A stretch of 64,000 bases of DNA, from NCBI GenBank assembly GCA_026914245.1, contig CP110439.1, forward strand, positions 4,650,001 through 4,714,000, in the 5' to 3' direction. Position numbers and translations under genes: made by a program. Each line of letters opens with the position of its first letter. Positions within the stretch are counted from its first letter, which is position 1. This document shows positions 1-9,858 of this stretch, piece by piece. The DNA comes from Puccinia triticina (Eukaryota). The notes below the pieces were generated by a model that ran no database searches, was not told where the DNA came from, and worked only from the letters and a program-made list of their open reading frames with translations.

Positions 1-3000
1 ATATCCCGTCGTACGCTTAGTTGAGATCCGATCGGCGAAAAGCACCAGAGGCAGAAATTTTCGGCAGTTCTTGCCTGATTCGCCTGCCAACTTGACTAAT
101 GCCGCTTTAAGAGGGCCGTGTCCTCGCTCGACCATGCCCTGACCTTCGGGGTAGTAAGGCGTGGAGACTCGATGCTGACCTGGCAACGAACGCAGCATAT
201 CCGCTAGGGCCCCGCCAAATTCTGAGCCACCGTCTGTCGAATAGGAACGAGCTAGCCCATAGCGCATGATCCAGTGTTCTTGAAGGAATGCCGCCACAGC
301 TTCGGAAGTGAGATTATTCAGAAACTTTGCCTCAACCCATCCGGAGAAATCGTCCCGAGCAACAATCAAATACTTGGCGCCTCCAGCTTTGATGTGCACG
401 GCATCCATTGCCACGCGGCCAAACACCGTCTCTTCGCCCGTCGGGTACCGTGGCTCCAGGGGGCGCTTCAGATCCCTCTTTTGACACGCCTCGCAGCTCT
501 GGCACCATCTGGCGACAGCCTGTTTCAATGATGGCCACCAGAAACGATCCGCTACTCGGCGATAAGTCTCGGCGACGCCTCGGTGGCCTAGATCTTCATG
601 GAGCTTGCCCAAAATCTCGTCCTGCTTGAGGGGTAGAGTGACAACAATTCGTGGAAGAGGGCTTCCGCGCTTCATCAAGCGCCCCGCCTGCACAAAGAAT
701 TCTGCCGACTTGCGCTTTAGTGCTTGATATGTCTTGGGGTCCATGCCTTCAGGGCGAGTCAAAGTCGTCAGGTAATCTTCTAGCTGCCGCCAGAACCCTT
801 CCTGGTATCCGTTGTATACTGGTTCGGAGCAGGTCGAGTAGGAATGCAGCGGCCTCACGTGTGGTGAATCTTCGTCGAAGTCAAAGCTCGGCGGATCAGA
901 GTCCTCATCGCCCTGCGGCCGTCGAGAAAGTCCGTCAGGCATAGTAAAAGACTTGCCGGGGCGATGGACGATATCAAACGAAAAGAGTTGAATGAAAGAG
1001 ACCCAGCGTGTCATTGGCGCGTTGGGTAGACTGGGGGCGTTAATCATTTGGATGAGCGACTGGGCGTCAACTTGCAGCTCAAAGTGCTGGCCCCATAAGA
1101 CCGTCTGAAGTTTCTTGAGAATTCGTGCCACACCGCATAGCTCGAGCTTTGATTGTGAATACCGCGACTCGACATCCGAGAAAAGCAAAGATTCGTAAAG
1201 AGCTGGCCGGTCAAAACCATTCGCGTCCTCTTGCGTAAGAACCGCTCCAGTAGCGTGAAAACTAGAATCAACCGCCAGTTTAATCTTTCCAGCGTCAGGC
1301 CCATAGTCGATCTTCACTAGGACAATGTCCCTGCCCACGCAGACCTTGAGCGCCTCAAACGCCGCCTCGCAATCCGCCGACCAAACAAAGTCCGCGTCTT
1401 TGCGCGTCAGACGTCGAAGAGGAACACAGATTTGGGAGAGGGAGGGGATGAAAATGCGAACATACACCACCACGCCTAAGAAACCCCGAACCTCGGTAGC
1501 ATTGACTGGAGTCGGCCACGAGAGTATTTTATTGACTTTACTCTTTGCCATCCGCCGTCCCTCCTTGCACACAACATGCCCGACGATCTCAAGAGCGGGG
1601 ACGCACGCCGCTAGTTTTGATGCCGATACAGTCAAACCTGACTCCTCAATTCGAAAGAGAATCCGCTCCAGCGTCTCTGCATATTCCCAAATGAAACGCC
1701 GAATACCAGAGTGCCAAGGAAGGAGCTTGTTGTTGTAATCCGAAACGGGGCCCTTGATGCCCCCATTGTCGATGAAAATGCCTGCGTGGTCCGGAATCTC
1801 CTCCTGCAGGATCCACATCATCTGCGCTTGGTAGACGGCAACTGAATTAGTAGCACCCTGCGGAAGACGCGTGAGCTGGAACCTGCCCAATGGGGTTTCA
1901 AAAGTGGTCAGAGGTCGAGAGATCGGATCTAGCGCACGCTCGTCGTAGCCACCCATGATGTCGCCAAGCCCGTAGCATGCACGCCCTGAAAATGACTCCA
2001 CAAACTCTTCGGTGGCCGGTGGCACGCCCGCATCCTTGACCGTGACTTTATTTAGAGGCTGAAGATCATGGACAATCCGAAGTTTGCCGTTGCCTTTGAG
2101 GACACACAAGACCGGACTTGAGTATGAGGAAGTTGACTGCTCGTATAGGCCGGTACGGACTCGCTCTCTGATCAGCTTGGTATACTCTTCAAGCTTTGCG
2201 GCCGGAATTGGGATTTTGCGCTTCTGCCAGGGTTCGTGTTCAATGACCGGAATGACGTAGGGCAGCCCGTAAGAGTCTTTCAACAGCCCGCGCTCCCCTT
2301 CGTTGAAAGCGATGGCCCCGTTGCGCTCCGCAAGAACATTCTTGATGAGATTAAGCTCGTCCGGATACAACCAGCCCTCGGGCCCAAAATTGACTACCAA
2401 GAGACGCTCCGCCGTAACTCTTCCTTTGGGAACAAAGGGCCCCGCCAACGAGCGGGACAGTCCCTGATACGGATCACGAGAAAGGGGAGGCCGTTGCAGC
2501 GGCGGATTGAGTCCCTGCGGCATTGGCACATTGACGGGCTTGATCTTGCGCGCGACCGGCTTGTACTTGGCTGCGAACACCAAGTACTCTCCGCTCCTCC
2601 AGGCATCTAGAAGTGTGGCCTGGGCACGATAACTGAGACCACACTGGAGCAGGCTCCACGTCCGTAGCTCGGCCGGTTCCTCGAAAGCCGCTTTATCTGC
2701 ATAAGACAAACCAGATGGCGGGGCGAGGCTCACGAGTGTGGCACAAGGTATTGCTTTGACAACGTTGTGGGTATCTACCCCCGGAGGTGCACATTGGGAG
2801 GAACTTACTTTTACCTCTCCCAGCCTCCGCGCCATCCTGAACTCCACCATGCCGCCCTCGCAGTCCACCCAATGAGAATCTAGTTTAGACTCCTTGCGGA
2901 GTGATGAGTCGCCAGAAGGGATAGAAACACCATTCGCCGGAGACGAGGCCCTCCTGAGTCGGAACGGGGGTAGTGCCTCCTCCCGGAGGTCATCTTGACG

Positions 3001-3870
3001 CAGAGTTGTACCATCTACAGTGGTGACAGAAGAAAGGGGTCCTTGGAGGCTCACGACAGTGGCACGCGGTAGAGTTTTTGACATTGACGTGGCATCTAGC
3101 CCGGAGGTGCATGATTGGAGAGAACTTACTTTTACCTCTCCCAGCCTCCGCAAAGTCCCTGGATCCTCCTCAAACGCCCGAGCCTTCGTAGATAGAGAAA
3201 GTAGTTTACCCTCATTGCGGAGGATCCTTAGTTTACCCTCGTCGCGGAGGTAGTGAAGTTTATCCTCATTGCGGAGGGTCTCGATAGACGGAACTAGATT
3301 AGCCTCGTTGCAGAGAGTCTCAATGGACCGGGTTAGTTTATTCTCTTCCCGGAGACGAGAATTGATGCGTAGTTTATTCTCATCGCGGAGACGACGATGA
3401 TGAAGCGAAAAGTTGCCTAGACTGGAAGACAAACAAGGATCCGACGAGTCGCTCACATGTGTGGCCAGAGGTAATGTTTTTGACAAGACGGTAGAGTCTA
3501 CCCGGGGATGCATACCATGGAGGGGACTTACTTCTACACTTTGTGCCCCCGCGGGAACCCCATGATGCCACCCACCATTTGCGCTCGACGCGAGCGCCCG
3601 GCGAATCCTTTTTGCCGGATCGAGTGAGAAAGATTCAGGAAGTAGCGGAAACGGAGACCGAAATGGCGGAAGGTTGGTGTTTTTTATTGGTTTTCGATTT
3701 TGTGGATGTTTTTGACTTTTAACGTTTTCGACAGGCGAGATAGAAGAAGCAGACCGAACCGAAGAAAGAAAGCAAACGCTACCGTGGGCCTCTGAGGGGT
3801 GAGTTGGTTTCCCGGACAGCATGCGAGGCCCTAGATTATTGCTGCCGGACAACAAGCCAACTCCACTCAT
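1..3870 (-). CDS. pol: Gypsy Pol (low-complexity spacer, reverse transcriptase, RNase H, integrase), open to the window edge and therefore missing from the ORF track
   Basis: Manual translation gives GDIMGGYDER...TRLPQGATNS...GIFIDNGGIKGP (RT), LAVDSS...KLELCGV...VDAQ (RNase H), WWPSL...CEACQ (zinc finger) and VAMDAVH...STDGGSEF...GMVERGH (integrase DDE). The frame is -1 relative to gag. Confidence 0.92.
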   Translation of the reverse strand, partial: MSGVGLLSGSNNLGPRMLSGKPTHPSEAHGSVCFLSSVRSASSISPVENVKSQKHPQNRKPIKNTNLPPFRSPFPLLPESFSLDPAKRIRRALASSANGGWHHGVPAGAQSVEVSPLHGMHPRVDSTVLSKTLPLATHVSDSSDPCLSSSLGNFSLHHRRLRDENKLRINSRLREENKLTRSIETLCNEANLVPSIETLRNEDKLHYLRDEGKLRILRNEGKLLSLSTKARAFEEDPGTLRRLGEVKVSSLQSCTSGLDATSMSKTLPRATVVSLQGPLSSVTTVDGTTLRQDDLREEALPPFRLRRASSPANGVSIPSGDSSLRKESKLDSHWVDCEGGMVEFRMARRLGEVKVSSSQCAPPGVDTHNVVKAIPCATLVSLAPPSGLSYADKAAFEEPAELRTWSLLQCGLSYRAQATLLDAWRSGEYLVFAAKYKPVARKIKPVNVPMPQGLNPPLQRPPLSRDPYQGLSRSLAGPFVPKGRVTAERLLVVNFGPEGWLYPDELNLIKNVLAERNGAIAFNEGERGLLKDSYGLPYVIPVIEHEPWQKRKIPIPAAKLEEYTKLIRERVRTGLYEQSTSSYSSPVLCVLKGNGKLRIVHDLQPLNKVTVKDAGVPPATEEFVESFSGRACYGLGDIMGGYDERALDPISRPLTTFETPLGRFQLTRLPQGATNSVAVYQAQMMWILQEEIPDHAGIFIDNGGIKGPVSDYNNKLLPWHSGIRRFIWEYAETLERILFRIEESGLTVSASKLAACVPALEIVGHVVCKEGRRMAKSKVNKILSWPTPVNATEVRGFLGVVVYVRIFIPSLSQICVPLRRLTRKDADFVWSADCEAAFEALKVCVGRDIVLVKIDYGPDAGKIKLAVDSSFHATGAVLTQEDANGFDRPALYESLLFSDVESRYSQSKLELCGVARILKKLQTVLWGQHFELQVDAQSLIQMINAPSLPNAPMTRWVSFIQLFSFDIVHRPGKSFTMPDGLSRRPQGDEDSDPPSFDFDEDSPHVRPLHSYSTCSEPVYNGYQEGFWRQLEDYLTTLTRPEGMDPKTYQALKRKSAEFFVQAGRLMKRGSPLPRIVVTLPLKQDEILGKLHEDLGHRGVAETYRRVADRFWWPSLKQAVARWCQSCEACQKRDLKRPLEPRYPTGEETVFGRVAMDAVHIKAGGAKYLIVARDDFSGWVEAKFLNNLTSEAVAAFLQEHWIMRYGLARSYSTDGGSEFGGALADMLRSLPGQHRVSTPYYPEGQGMVERGHGPLKAALVKLAGESGKNCRKFLPLVLFADRISTKRTTGY

Positions 3871-3876
3871 AAAAAA
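3867..3876 (-). promoter_or_regulatory. Putative -1 ribosomal frameshift slippery site U_UUU_UUA immediately before the gag stop
   Basis: The minus strand reads TCT TTT TTA TGA. The -1 frame (TTT TTT ATG AGT...) is the frame that encodes RT and IN. Confidence 0.75.
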
Positions 3877-6038
3877 GAGAGATGCTCCTCCCCCTCGGGC
3901 AACTCCATGACGCGCCCGCAGTGAGTGAGAACAGCCTTTCGCCCGTGTGCCGGAAATTCCCGCTCCCACCGGCCTTTTTCGATGGGACAGAGCGAGAACT
4001 CAATGTTCCGTCCTTCAGAATCGGGGAGGATGATCTGCTCTCCTGCCGTGGGAGAGAACAAGAGCGTTGCCTCGAAATCCATAAGGAACGGCCGGCCTAG
4101 GATGAAAGGGCTGTCTTGACGGGTAATCCAGAAGTGGCAGTAGCCCACGATGCTCTTGCCCACTCGAACCGGAACGTCCTCAGCAACCCCAATCAACTCG
4201 CAGGCCTGGTTGTTGATGCCGTAGACCGCAGAGCTGAAGTTGACGCGCGGCGTCAAGTTGAATTGATTCGCCATACTGTCGGATATGATATTCAGCTGCG
4301 AACCCGAGTCGATCAGCGGAGAGCCCGCGCTCTCCCCTGCTCCGATAAGACAAGTGAGATAGCCCAGTGGGCAGGAGTAGAGACAGGGGTTCACCTCCGA
4401 TTCTCTAAACTCCCGGCCTTCCGCCAAAGTGCCCGAGTGCACTTTCAGTTCTTCTGGGCCCACCTCCACGCGGCGCCGTGAGACCCATTTCTTAACACCG
4501 TCTGATACTGCCGGGGAAACTGAGCAAATCTCAGCAACAGTTGTCGAAACTGGGAGGTCAAAAATCTTCTTGACGAAACCCTCGACAGCGTCCGGATGGT
4601 CTCGTGAGACGTCTCGCTCGAAACGGACCTTGGGTTGAGAGCTCGTGACTTTAGGCGGCGTTGCTGGCCTGCTGGGAGTGCCTTTTGGCGTAGAAGACCT
4701 GGGATCGGGATCGTTCATGATCCGATCGAAAAGCTCCTGCTCTTCCGCTGGTTCCGACTCGCTGGGACCGCTAGGAGCAGTCGCCGGCTTCCGTAGCTGT
4801 CGTTTTACCTGAGAGGGCGGTGCCAAAGGAGCCTTATACGGCCTAGACTCCTCGTGCCGCTTCTTCCCAGCTGCTTCCGACTCGTAACTGCCCGAGAATG
4901 ATTGGGATGAAACCGCTGGGGGGTACCACTGCTCTAGAGACCCGCAGCTGGCCTTGAACTCCACAGAGGCGGAGTGAGTCGACGAACGTGGTCCAGGAGA
5001 CTGGGGACGAGAGCTCGACGACTGATTCGGTTGAAACGACGCCACTACGTGGCGGATTGGGCGAGTACGATCGAACGGGATGAGCGCCCCGTTGGGCAAA
5101 AAGAAGTTGTTGCCCTTCTTCTCAACTAGCCCTGCGTCCTGATCTTTCTGCAGCTCGGCGCAGCGCAAGGTCCCGTGATTTTCGCGGTGACAGTAGTAGC
5201 AAATCATTGGCCCACGGTCGGCCGATGTTCCCGATTTTCCGCCCCCCTGCTTCATGTACTGTTCAAAAGCCTTGAACATCCTCGTGAGTTCGTCCACGGA
5301 GGCTTCAGGCTTAGAGTCGGAAGAGGATGCTGTGGGGCGCTTGTCGGACCCCATCTTCTTCATGATTTCGTTCGCCTCCTGAAAGGGCGACGAGACGGGG
5401 GCTGCCGATCGAGTGTCTTCGAATGTGAGTGAAATTTGACCCTTCATGACAGTATCAATTGCGGCGCGAAGTACCGCAAAAGCCGGAAGCCGTGCGCGAT
5501 TGTCAGTTGTGACCACCAAAGTATTGTCCTTGATCATTTGATCTCGGATCCGGCCCTGGAAACCCTCAGAGAACGCCTGATAGAACGCCTTCTTGAGCTC
5601 CTCAGCCGAATCGACGTGACCCTTAGATACCAAGTAGGCCTGAATTGGATCCCAGGCCTTGCGGAACCCGTGGTAATCCGATAACGACGACACCCCGCCC
5701 TTTTTCACCCAAGAGTCGACCAGACTAGTGATGTCCCTTTCGGTAAACAACGCTTTGTCGACATCGACCCAGTAACTCAGCATCGCCGCTTTGAGTTTGG
5801 TCCAGTCGGGAGGCTTGTAACCATCGAGAGTTGCGAGGATTGTTCTCGTCTCTCCCGTCTCCACAAAGGCCCCGATCTGGCGGGCCTTGTCATAGTCCGA
5901 CGCCCCATCCAGCTCCGCCGCGAGCTCGTAGTCGTCCAGGAATTGCTCCACGTCGGAGCCCGCAAACTTCAAGCTCTTGTCTTGCGGCTTGATCTTGATC
6001 ATCCTCCCGCGAGGGGGATCGGGGTTGAGGTCGGCCAT
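3867..6038 (-). CDS. gag: Gypsy Gag-protease polyprotein (723 aa)
   Basis: Zinc knuckle CYYCHRENHGTLRC; aspartic protease motifs LIDSGSQLN and FILGRPF. Confidence 0.92.
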   Translation of the reverse strand: MADLNPDPPRGRMIKIKPQDKSLKFAGSDVEQFLDDYELAAELDGASDYDKARQIGAFVETGETRTILATLDGYKPPDWTKLKAAMLSYWVDVDKALFTERDITSLVDSWVKKGGVSSLSDYHGFRKAWDPIQAYLVSKGHVDSAEELKKAFYQAFSEGFQGRIRDQMIKDNTLVVTTDNRARLPAFAVLRAAIDTVMKGQISLTFEDTRSAAPVSSPFQEANEIMKKMGSDKRPTASSSDSKPEASVDELTRMFKAFEQYMKQGGGKSGTSADRGPMICYYCHRENHGTLRCAELQKDQDAGLVEKKGNNFFLPNGALIPFDRTRPIRHVVASFQPNQSSSSRPQSPGPRSSTHSASVEFKASCGSLEQWYPPAVSSQSFSGSYESEAAGKKRHEESRPYKAPLAPPSQVKRQLRKPATAPSGPSESEPAEEQELFDRIMNDPDPRSSTPKGTPSRPATPPKVTSSQPKVRFERDVSRDHPDAVEGFVKKIFDLPVSTTVAEICSVSPAVSDGVKKWVSRRRVEVGPEELKVHSGTLAEGREFRESEVNPCLYSCPLGYLTCLIGAGESAGSPLIDSGSQLNIISDSMANQFNLTPRVNFSSAVYGINNQACELIGVAEDVPVRVGKSIVGYCHFWITRQDSPFILGRPFLMDFEATLLFSPTAGEQIILPDSEGRNIEFSLCPIEKGRWEREFPAHGRKAVLTHCGRVMELPEGEEHLSFL

Positions 6039-6272
6039 CGTAAACAGAGCCTATGGGAAAAAAAGATCGGATATCGAGGATGGCTCACGGAGTGGCTAGG
6101 TTGTTTTGACAATGTAGAAACCTCTGAGGTGCAACTGAGTTGGAGGGGACTTACTTCTACCTCTCCTATGCCCCGCTGCTGAACACCAAAAAAAAAAAGA
6201 AAAAAAAAGAAAAAGGGATCCGAAAGAAAATATGGCAAATTATAACCGCCAAACGGCCTCAAAACCACAGTC

Positions 6273-6322
6273 CGAGACTGTAAATCTTGAGGTCGCTGGT
6301 TCGATCCCGGCTCGGGGGACCA
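6273..6322 (-). promoter_or_regulatory. Extended primer-binding site complementary to the 3' 50 nt of mature tRNA-Tyr(GUA)
   Basis: The plus strand reads CGAGA-CTGTAAA-TCTTG AGGTC GCTGG-TTCGATC-CCGGC TCGGGGGA CCA: anticodon arm, T arm, acceptor strand and CCA, 2 nt from the LTR end. Confidence 0.85.
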
Positions 6323-6324
6323 AA

Positions 6325-7452
6325 TGAGAGACTCCTGTCCGTACAAGCGGAGGCAGTCGTGTGAGGGGATGGGTGCTGTTTAGGCTGCCCTCGTGGCTGG
6401 GTGGTCCGTGGTGATGAGCGCTGAAAATGGGGGGGATCAGGGATAGCTATTGGGTTTTGGGTGGTTTTGAGAAGTTCGCCGGGGGTTTGGATCCTCAGCG
6501 GCGGTTGTTTTGTTTGAGGGGAAGGGAGATGTGATCTTAAGGAAGAGGAAGGAAAAAGATCCGGAAAACTCTGATGAAGGATGATCGGCGAGCTGAGCTC
6601 GAAGGTTTGAACTCTGAAGATATGATCGATATACTCTTGATGGTCCGTATTCTGGGGATCAGAATGCCATGCCTCTCCCATCATCCAAGTTCGGCGAACT
6701 TGGACTCCGGGAGAGCCACATGTCACGTATATTTCATCATCTCCTCCGCGCGCTACGCGCGCACACACACACAACAAGCAACAGAAGCAGGAAAAGGAAA
6801 CACAACACAAAGAAATGAGGAAATCACAGTGAGATGAGATAGAAGGAAAAGAGGCATGGAGAAGAAGGAAAAGCAGCAAGAAAGGAAAAGCCAGAAAACA
6901 CTCAAACCAGACAAACCAAACAGAAAGAAAAGAAGCCAGAAACAAACAAGGAAATAAACCCACATCAGGCGCTGTGTTAGGACCAAGAAAGCTGAAGAGG
7001 CATGGGGAACTGAGAAGGAAGGGAGATGGGAAAATGGACAGAAGGAAAAGGAGAGATAGGGGAGCCAGTTGAAGGTGGAAATGTGATGAGAAGAGATCTT
7101 GAGGCCTGGGGAGTCGGGACTGCACCATAACTTTCATTGAGTCGCAAGACCCAATGTTGGATTACCTAATCAACTTTCATTGAGTCGCGGGACCCAATGT
7201 CGGATTACCTAATCAACTTTCATTGAGTCGCGGGACCCAATGTCGGATTACCTAATCAACTTTCATTGAGTCGCGGGACCCAATGTCGGATTACCTAATC
7301 AACTTTCATTGAGTCGCGGGACCCAATGACGGATTTCTGTCCACCCCAGCGTGGAAATTGAGTCTTGGGAAGTGAAAATAAACTTGAGTCTTGATGATCC
7401 TGCTGGCGGCGGTGATGCTCCTGAATAGCTGGCCACGAGAGGGGCCACCACA
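6325..7452 (-). repeat. 5' LTR of the Gypsy element (about 1.13 kb)
   Basis: TG...CA termini; adjacent to the PBS on one side and to the Copia RT breakpoint (flank GCGG) on the other. Confidence 0.85.
7129..7328. repeat. 43-bp tandem repeat (about 4.6 copies) within the LTR
   Basis: AACTTTCATTGAGTCGCGGGACCCAATGTCGGATTACCTAATC repeated almost perfectly. Confidence 0.95.
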
Positions 7453-8321
7453 GCGGATGATCTTGAGGGACAAGAAATGGTGGAGTTCTTCATTGGCACC
7501 AATCTTGAAGCGTGTACCGACGGCTGAGATGATGGAGTCAACAACTTGAGGTTCACCTACTATGGCCAGGTCAGAGCCCCGACTAGTCTGCCGGAGCTTA
7601 TCTTGAAGTAGAGGGTGGGATTGTAGGTGGAGTTCTTCCACCCAATTTCAATGAGAGCTTTGTGAAGCTTAATGTTCCATTGTCTCGGCAATTGTTTGAG
7701 GCCGTAAAGTGAGCGGCTCACCTCACAGACCCAGTTGGGATGGGTTGGATCTTCGAAGCCCGGTGGCTGTTCCATGTACACCAGAGAATCTAGATGGCAA
7801 TTTAAGAATGCCGTCTTGAAGTCGACTTGCCGGCCTTTCCAGTTCTGGCTGGCCAAGAGACTGAAGACGAGGCGGAGAGTTTCGAGACGAAGTGTTGGCA
7901 AGAAAACCTTGTCGTAGTCCAAGCCTTGGATTTGGGAGTACCCCATCGCAACCAGGCGGGCCTTGAGTTTTTGGATGCTGCGGTCCGGGCGCCGCTTCAC
8001 CTTAAATACCCACTTGGATTTGATTATTTTTCTCTTTGACAGACGCGGGACGAGTTTCCACGTCTCCATCCCCAGTAGAGACGCGAATTTGTTGTTTGCC
8101 GCCTTCAGCCACTGTTCTTTGTTGGGGGATTTTAGCAGTTGTCGCCATTTCTTTGGCGTATTGACATCCTGATCTGTGGTGGCGTTCTTTGCCCAATTTC
8201 CGTAGCGTTGGGGAGCTTTGCGTTCACGCCCTGAGCGCCGCCGCGGTGGGGAGGCAACTTTTCCGGGGCTTTCAGAGGTGGCGGGAGGATCTTCTTTGGG
8301 TGGCTTTGGTGGCGGAGACGG
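7453..8321 (-). pseudogene. pol: Copia reverse transcriptase fragment
   Basis: SKWVFKVK...KARLVAMGYSQ...VDFKTAFLN...SLYGLKQ; frameshift and loss of the xVDD motif near 7570. Confidence 0.9.
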
Positions 8322-8411
8322 TGTAAGACTCAAAAGTGGTTGTGAAACCCTTTTGCTGAATGGAGAAGGGGATGAAGGAGTTGCAAGCTCTGCCCTTCTA
8401 TACTACCAGCT

Positions 8412-8445
<34 letters not shown>

Positions 8446-9119
8446 ATTAGGTGATAGGAGTGAATGCTCAAGATGAGTTTATTCGATACACTTTATAAAG
8501 ATTTTTTATTGATATATAAGGGTTGTTATGAGTATAGTTGTAAGTGTTGAGAGTACAAGGTGGTGAGTGAATCACTGATCCGTAATAAACTCCCCAGCTA
8601 CAAATGAGGGGGAGAGAGCCCCTTATATAGACAAATGTGAGGGATTTTAGCTCCAGGGCAGCCCCAGTGAGGGATTTTAGCTGGCCTGCGCTGTGTACAA
8701 TTTATGCGAGGGGTGCATGCATGATGCAGGGAACAATGGCATGTGATGCAATAAAACCAAACAAAAGTGGAGGTGAAAGTTCTAGAATGCGGAGAACAAT
8801 GGCACAGACTGCAGTGGCAGTGCTGGATGATGTCATGCAGCTAGAAAACAAAGGCAAAATAATATATGCAGTGGAGATACCATGGAGTAGGGAAAGGTGG
8901 CTTGAGGTGCGTGACAGGGGTCAACAGGGTGCTACAGGTTGTCCGGAGGGTCTAACTTCCAGTGCAGTGGGGCTACAGTTACACTTTCAGTGGAGACTAG
9001 GGGGTAATTTGGCCGTCGATTCCATTTCTGGGGTCCATATGGTCGTACCATGAGGCATTCTATGACTAATTACGCAAATGAGAGAAAAACTTTTGATTTT
9101 TCCCATTTTGTATACCACA
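8322..9119 (-). mobile_element. Solo LTR (798 bp) inserted in Copia pol, 4-bp TSD ACGG
   Basis: TGTAAG...CCACA; ACGG at 8318-8321 and 9120-9123. Removing it restores PTPSPSPPPKP. Homologous to 43834-45019. Confidence 0.9.
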
Positions 9120-9642
9120 ACGGAGAAGGTGTTGGATTTTTCCGGGGAGGCGACAAGTTCAATTCTGGTAGAGAAATCACGCTGATATCCGGTAAACAAG
9201 GATGACGGCTTGTTGGAGTCGGAGTCAGAAGAGATCTGCATAGGGGCTCTAGGTGCATTTTTGGGCGCATGTATTGAGGCCGTGATCCTGTGGTCAAAAC
9301 GGGGTTTGAGGGGAATGTCGAGGGGAGGCCCCAGCGGCGATGCGGGTGAGATGTCATCGCTAACCTCTTTCCGAGAAGTGGGCGGGGAGGGGGTTGGCGA
9401 GGGCTTGGAATGTGACGGAGGAGGATTTATGGGGACAGGAGGGGACGGCAGGGGCAAGTTGTTGACGGGTTTGACTTCTGATGGAGCCCCCGGGGCAAGT
9501 ACCTCAATAGCTTCTGAGGGCACGGTTGGCCACGTGATCTCTACAAAAAGCGGGGAGGGAGAGGTTGTGAGCTTAGCACCGTACAGGAAGAGAGTATCGT
9601 TGAATATAACATCTCTCGACTTTACCACGGACCTCTTCTCGA

Positions 9643-9858
9643 CACTGCCAGAATAATTAGCTGGGTTAAGGTTATCCCAGTTAAACTGGGATGAAATCAA
9701 CCAATCTAAACTTGGTTGATCTCAACTGATGAAATATAAATCCAAGGTACCCCCCTTGGATTTATATTTCATTGGTCAAGAGCAACCCATTTTAAATTGG
9801 TTGAGTGCATCCCAGTTAAACTGGGATGACTTCATCCCAGCCAAATATGCTGGCAGTG
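9643..9858. mobile_element. 216-bp CACTG-terminated MITE (CACTA/EnSpm-type non-autonomous), TSD CGA
   Basis: TIR CACTGCCAG...CTGGCAGTG with a 3-bp TSD; same family at 40221 and 47402. Confidence 0.93.

Larger units (their letters stand above)
1..7452 (-). mobile_element. Ty3/Gypsy LTR retrotransposon (5' LTR, PBS, gag-PR, RT-RH-IN); 3' part runs off the window start; inserted in the RT gene of a Copia element
   Basis: Domain order is PR-RT-RH-IN. The LTR reads TGTGG...CTCTCA on the minus strand and is followed by a tRNA-complementary PBS. The Copia RT frame (FLSLKIIR) is cut exactly at 7452/7453. Confidence 0.95.

Noticed and set aside
6273..6322. A tRNA-Tyr gene
   Set aside because: The 5' acceptor strand and D arm are absent, CCA is encoded, and it abuts an LTR; it is a PBS.
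6259..7137. 292-aa hydrophobic ORF (and similar ORFs at 38714-39545) as an env-like or membrane protein
   Set aside because: It lies inside the LTR, and the hydrophobicity comes from a T/C-rich low-complexity strand; no recognisable domain.
7129..7328. 43-bp repeats as a CRISPR array
   Set aside because: Head-to-tail with no spacers, inside an LTR, in a eukaryotic context with no cas genes.
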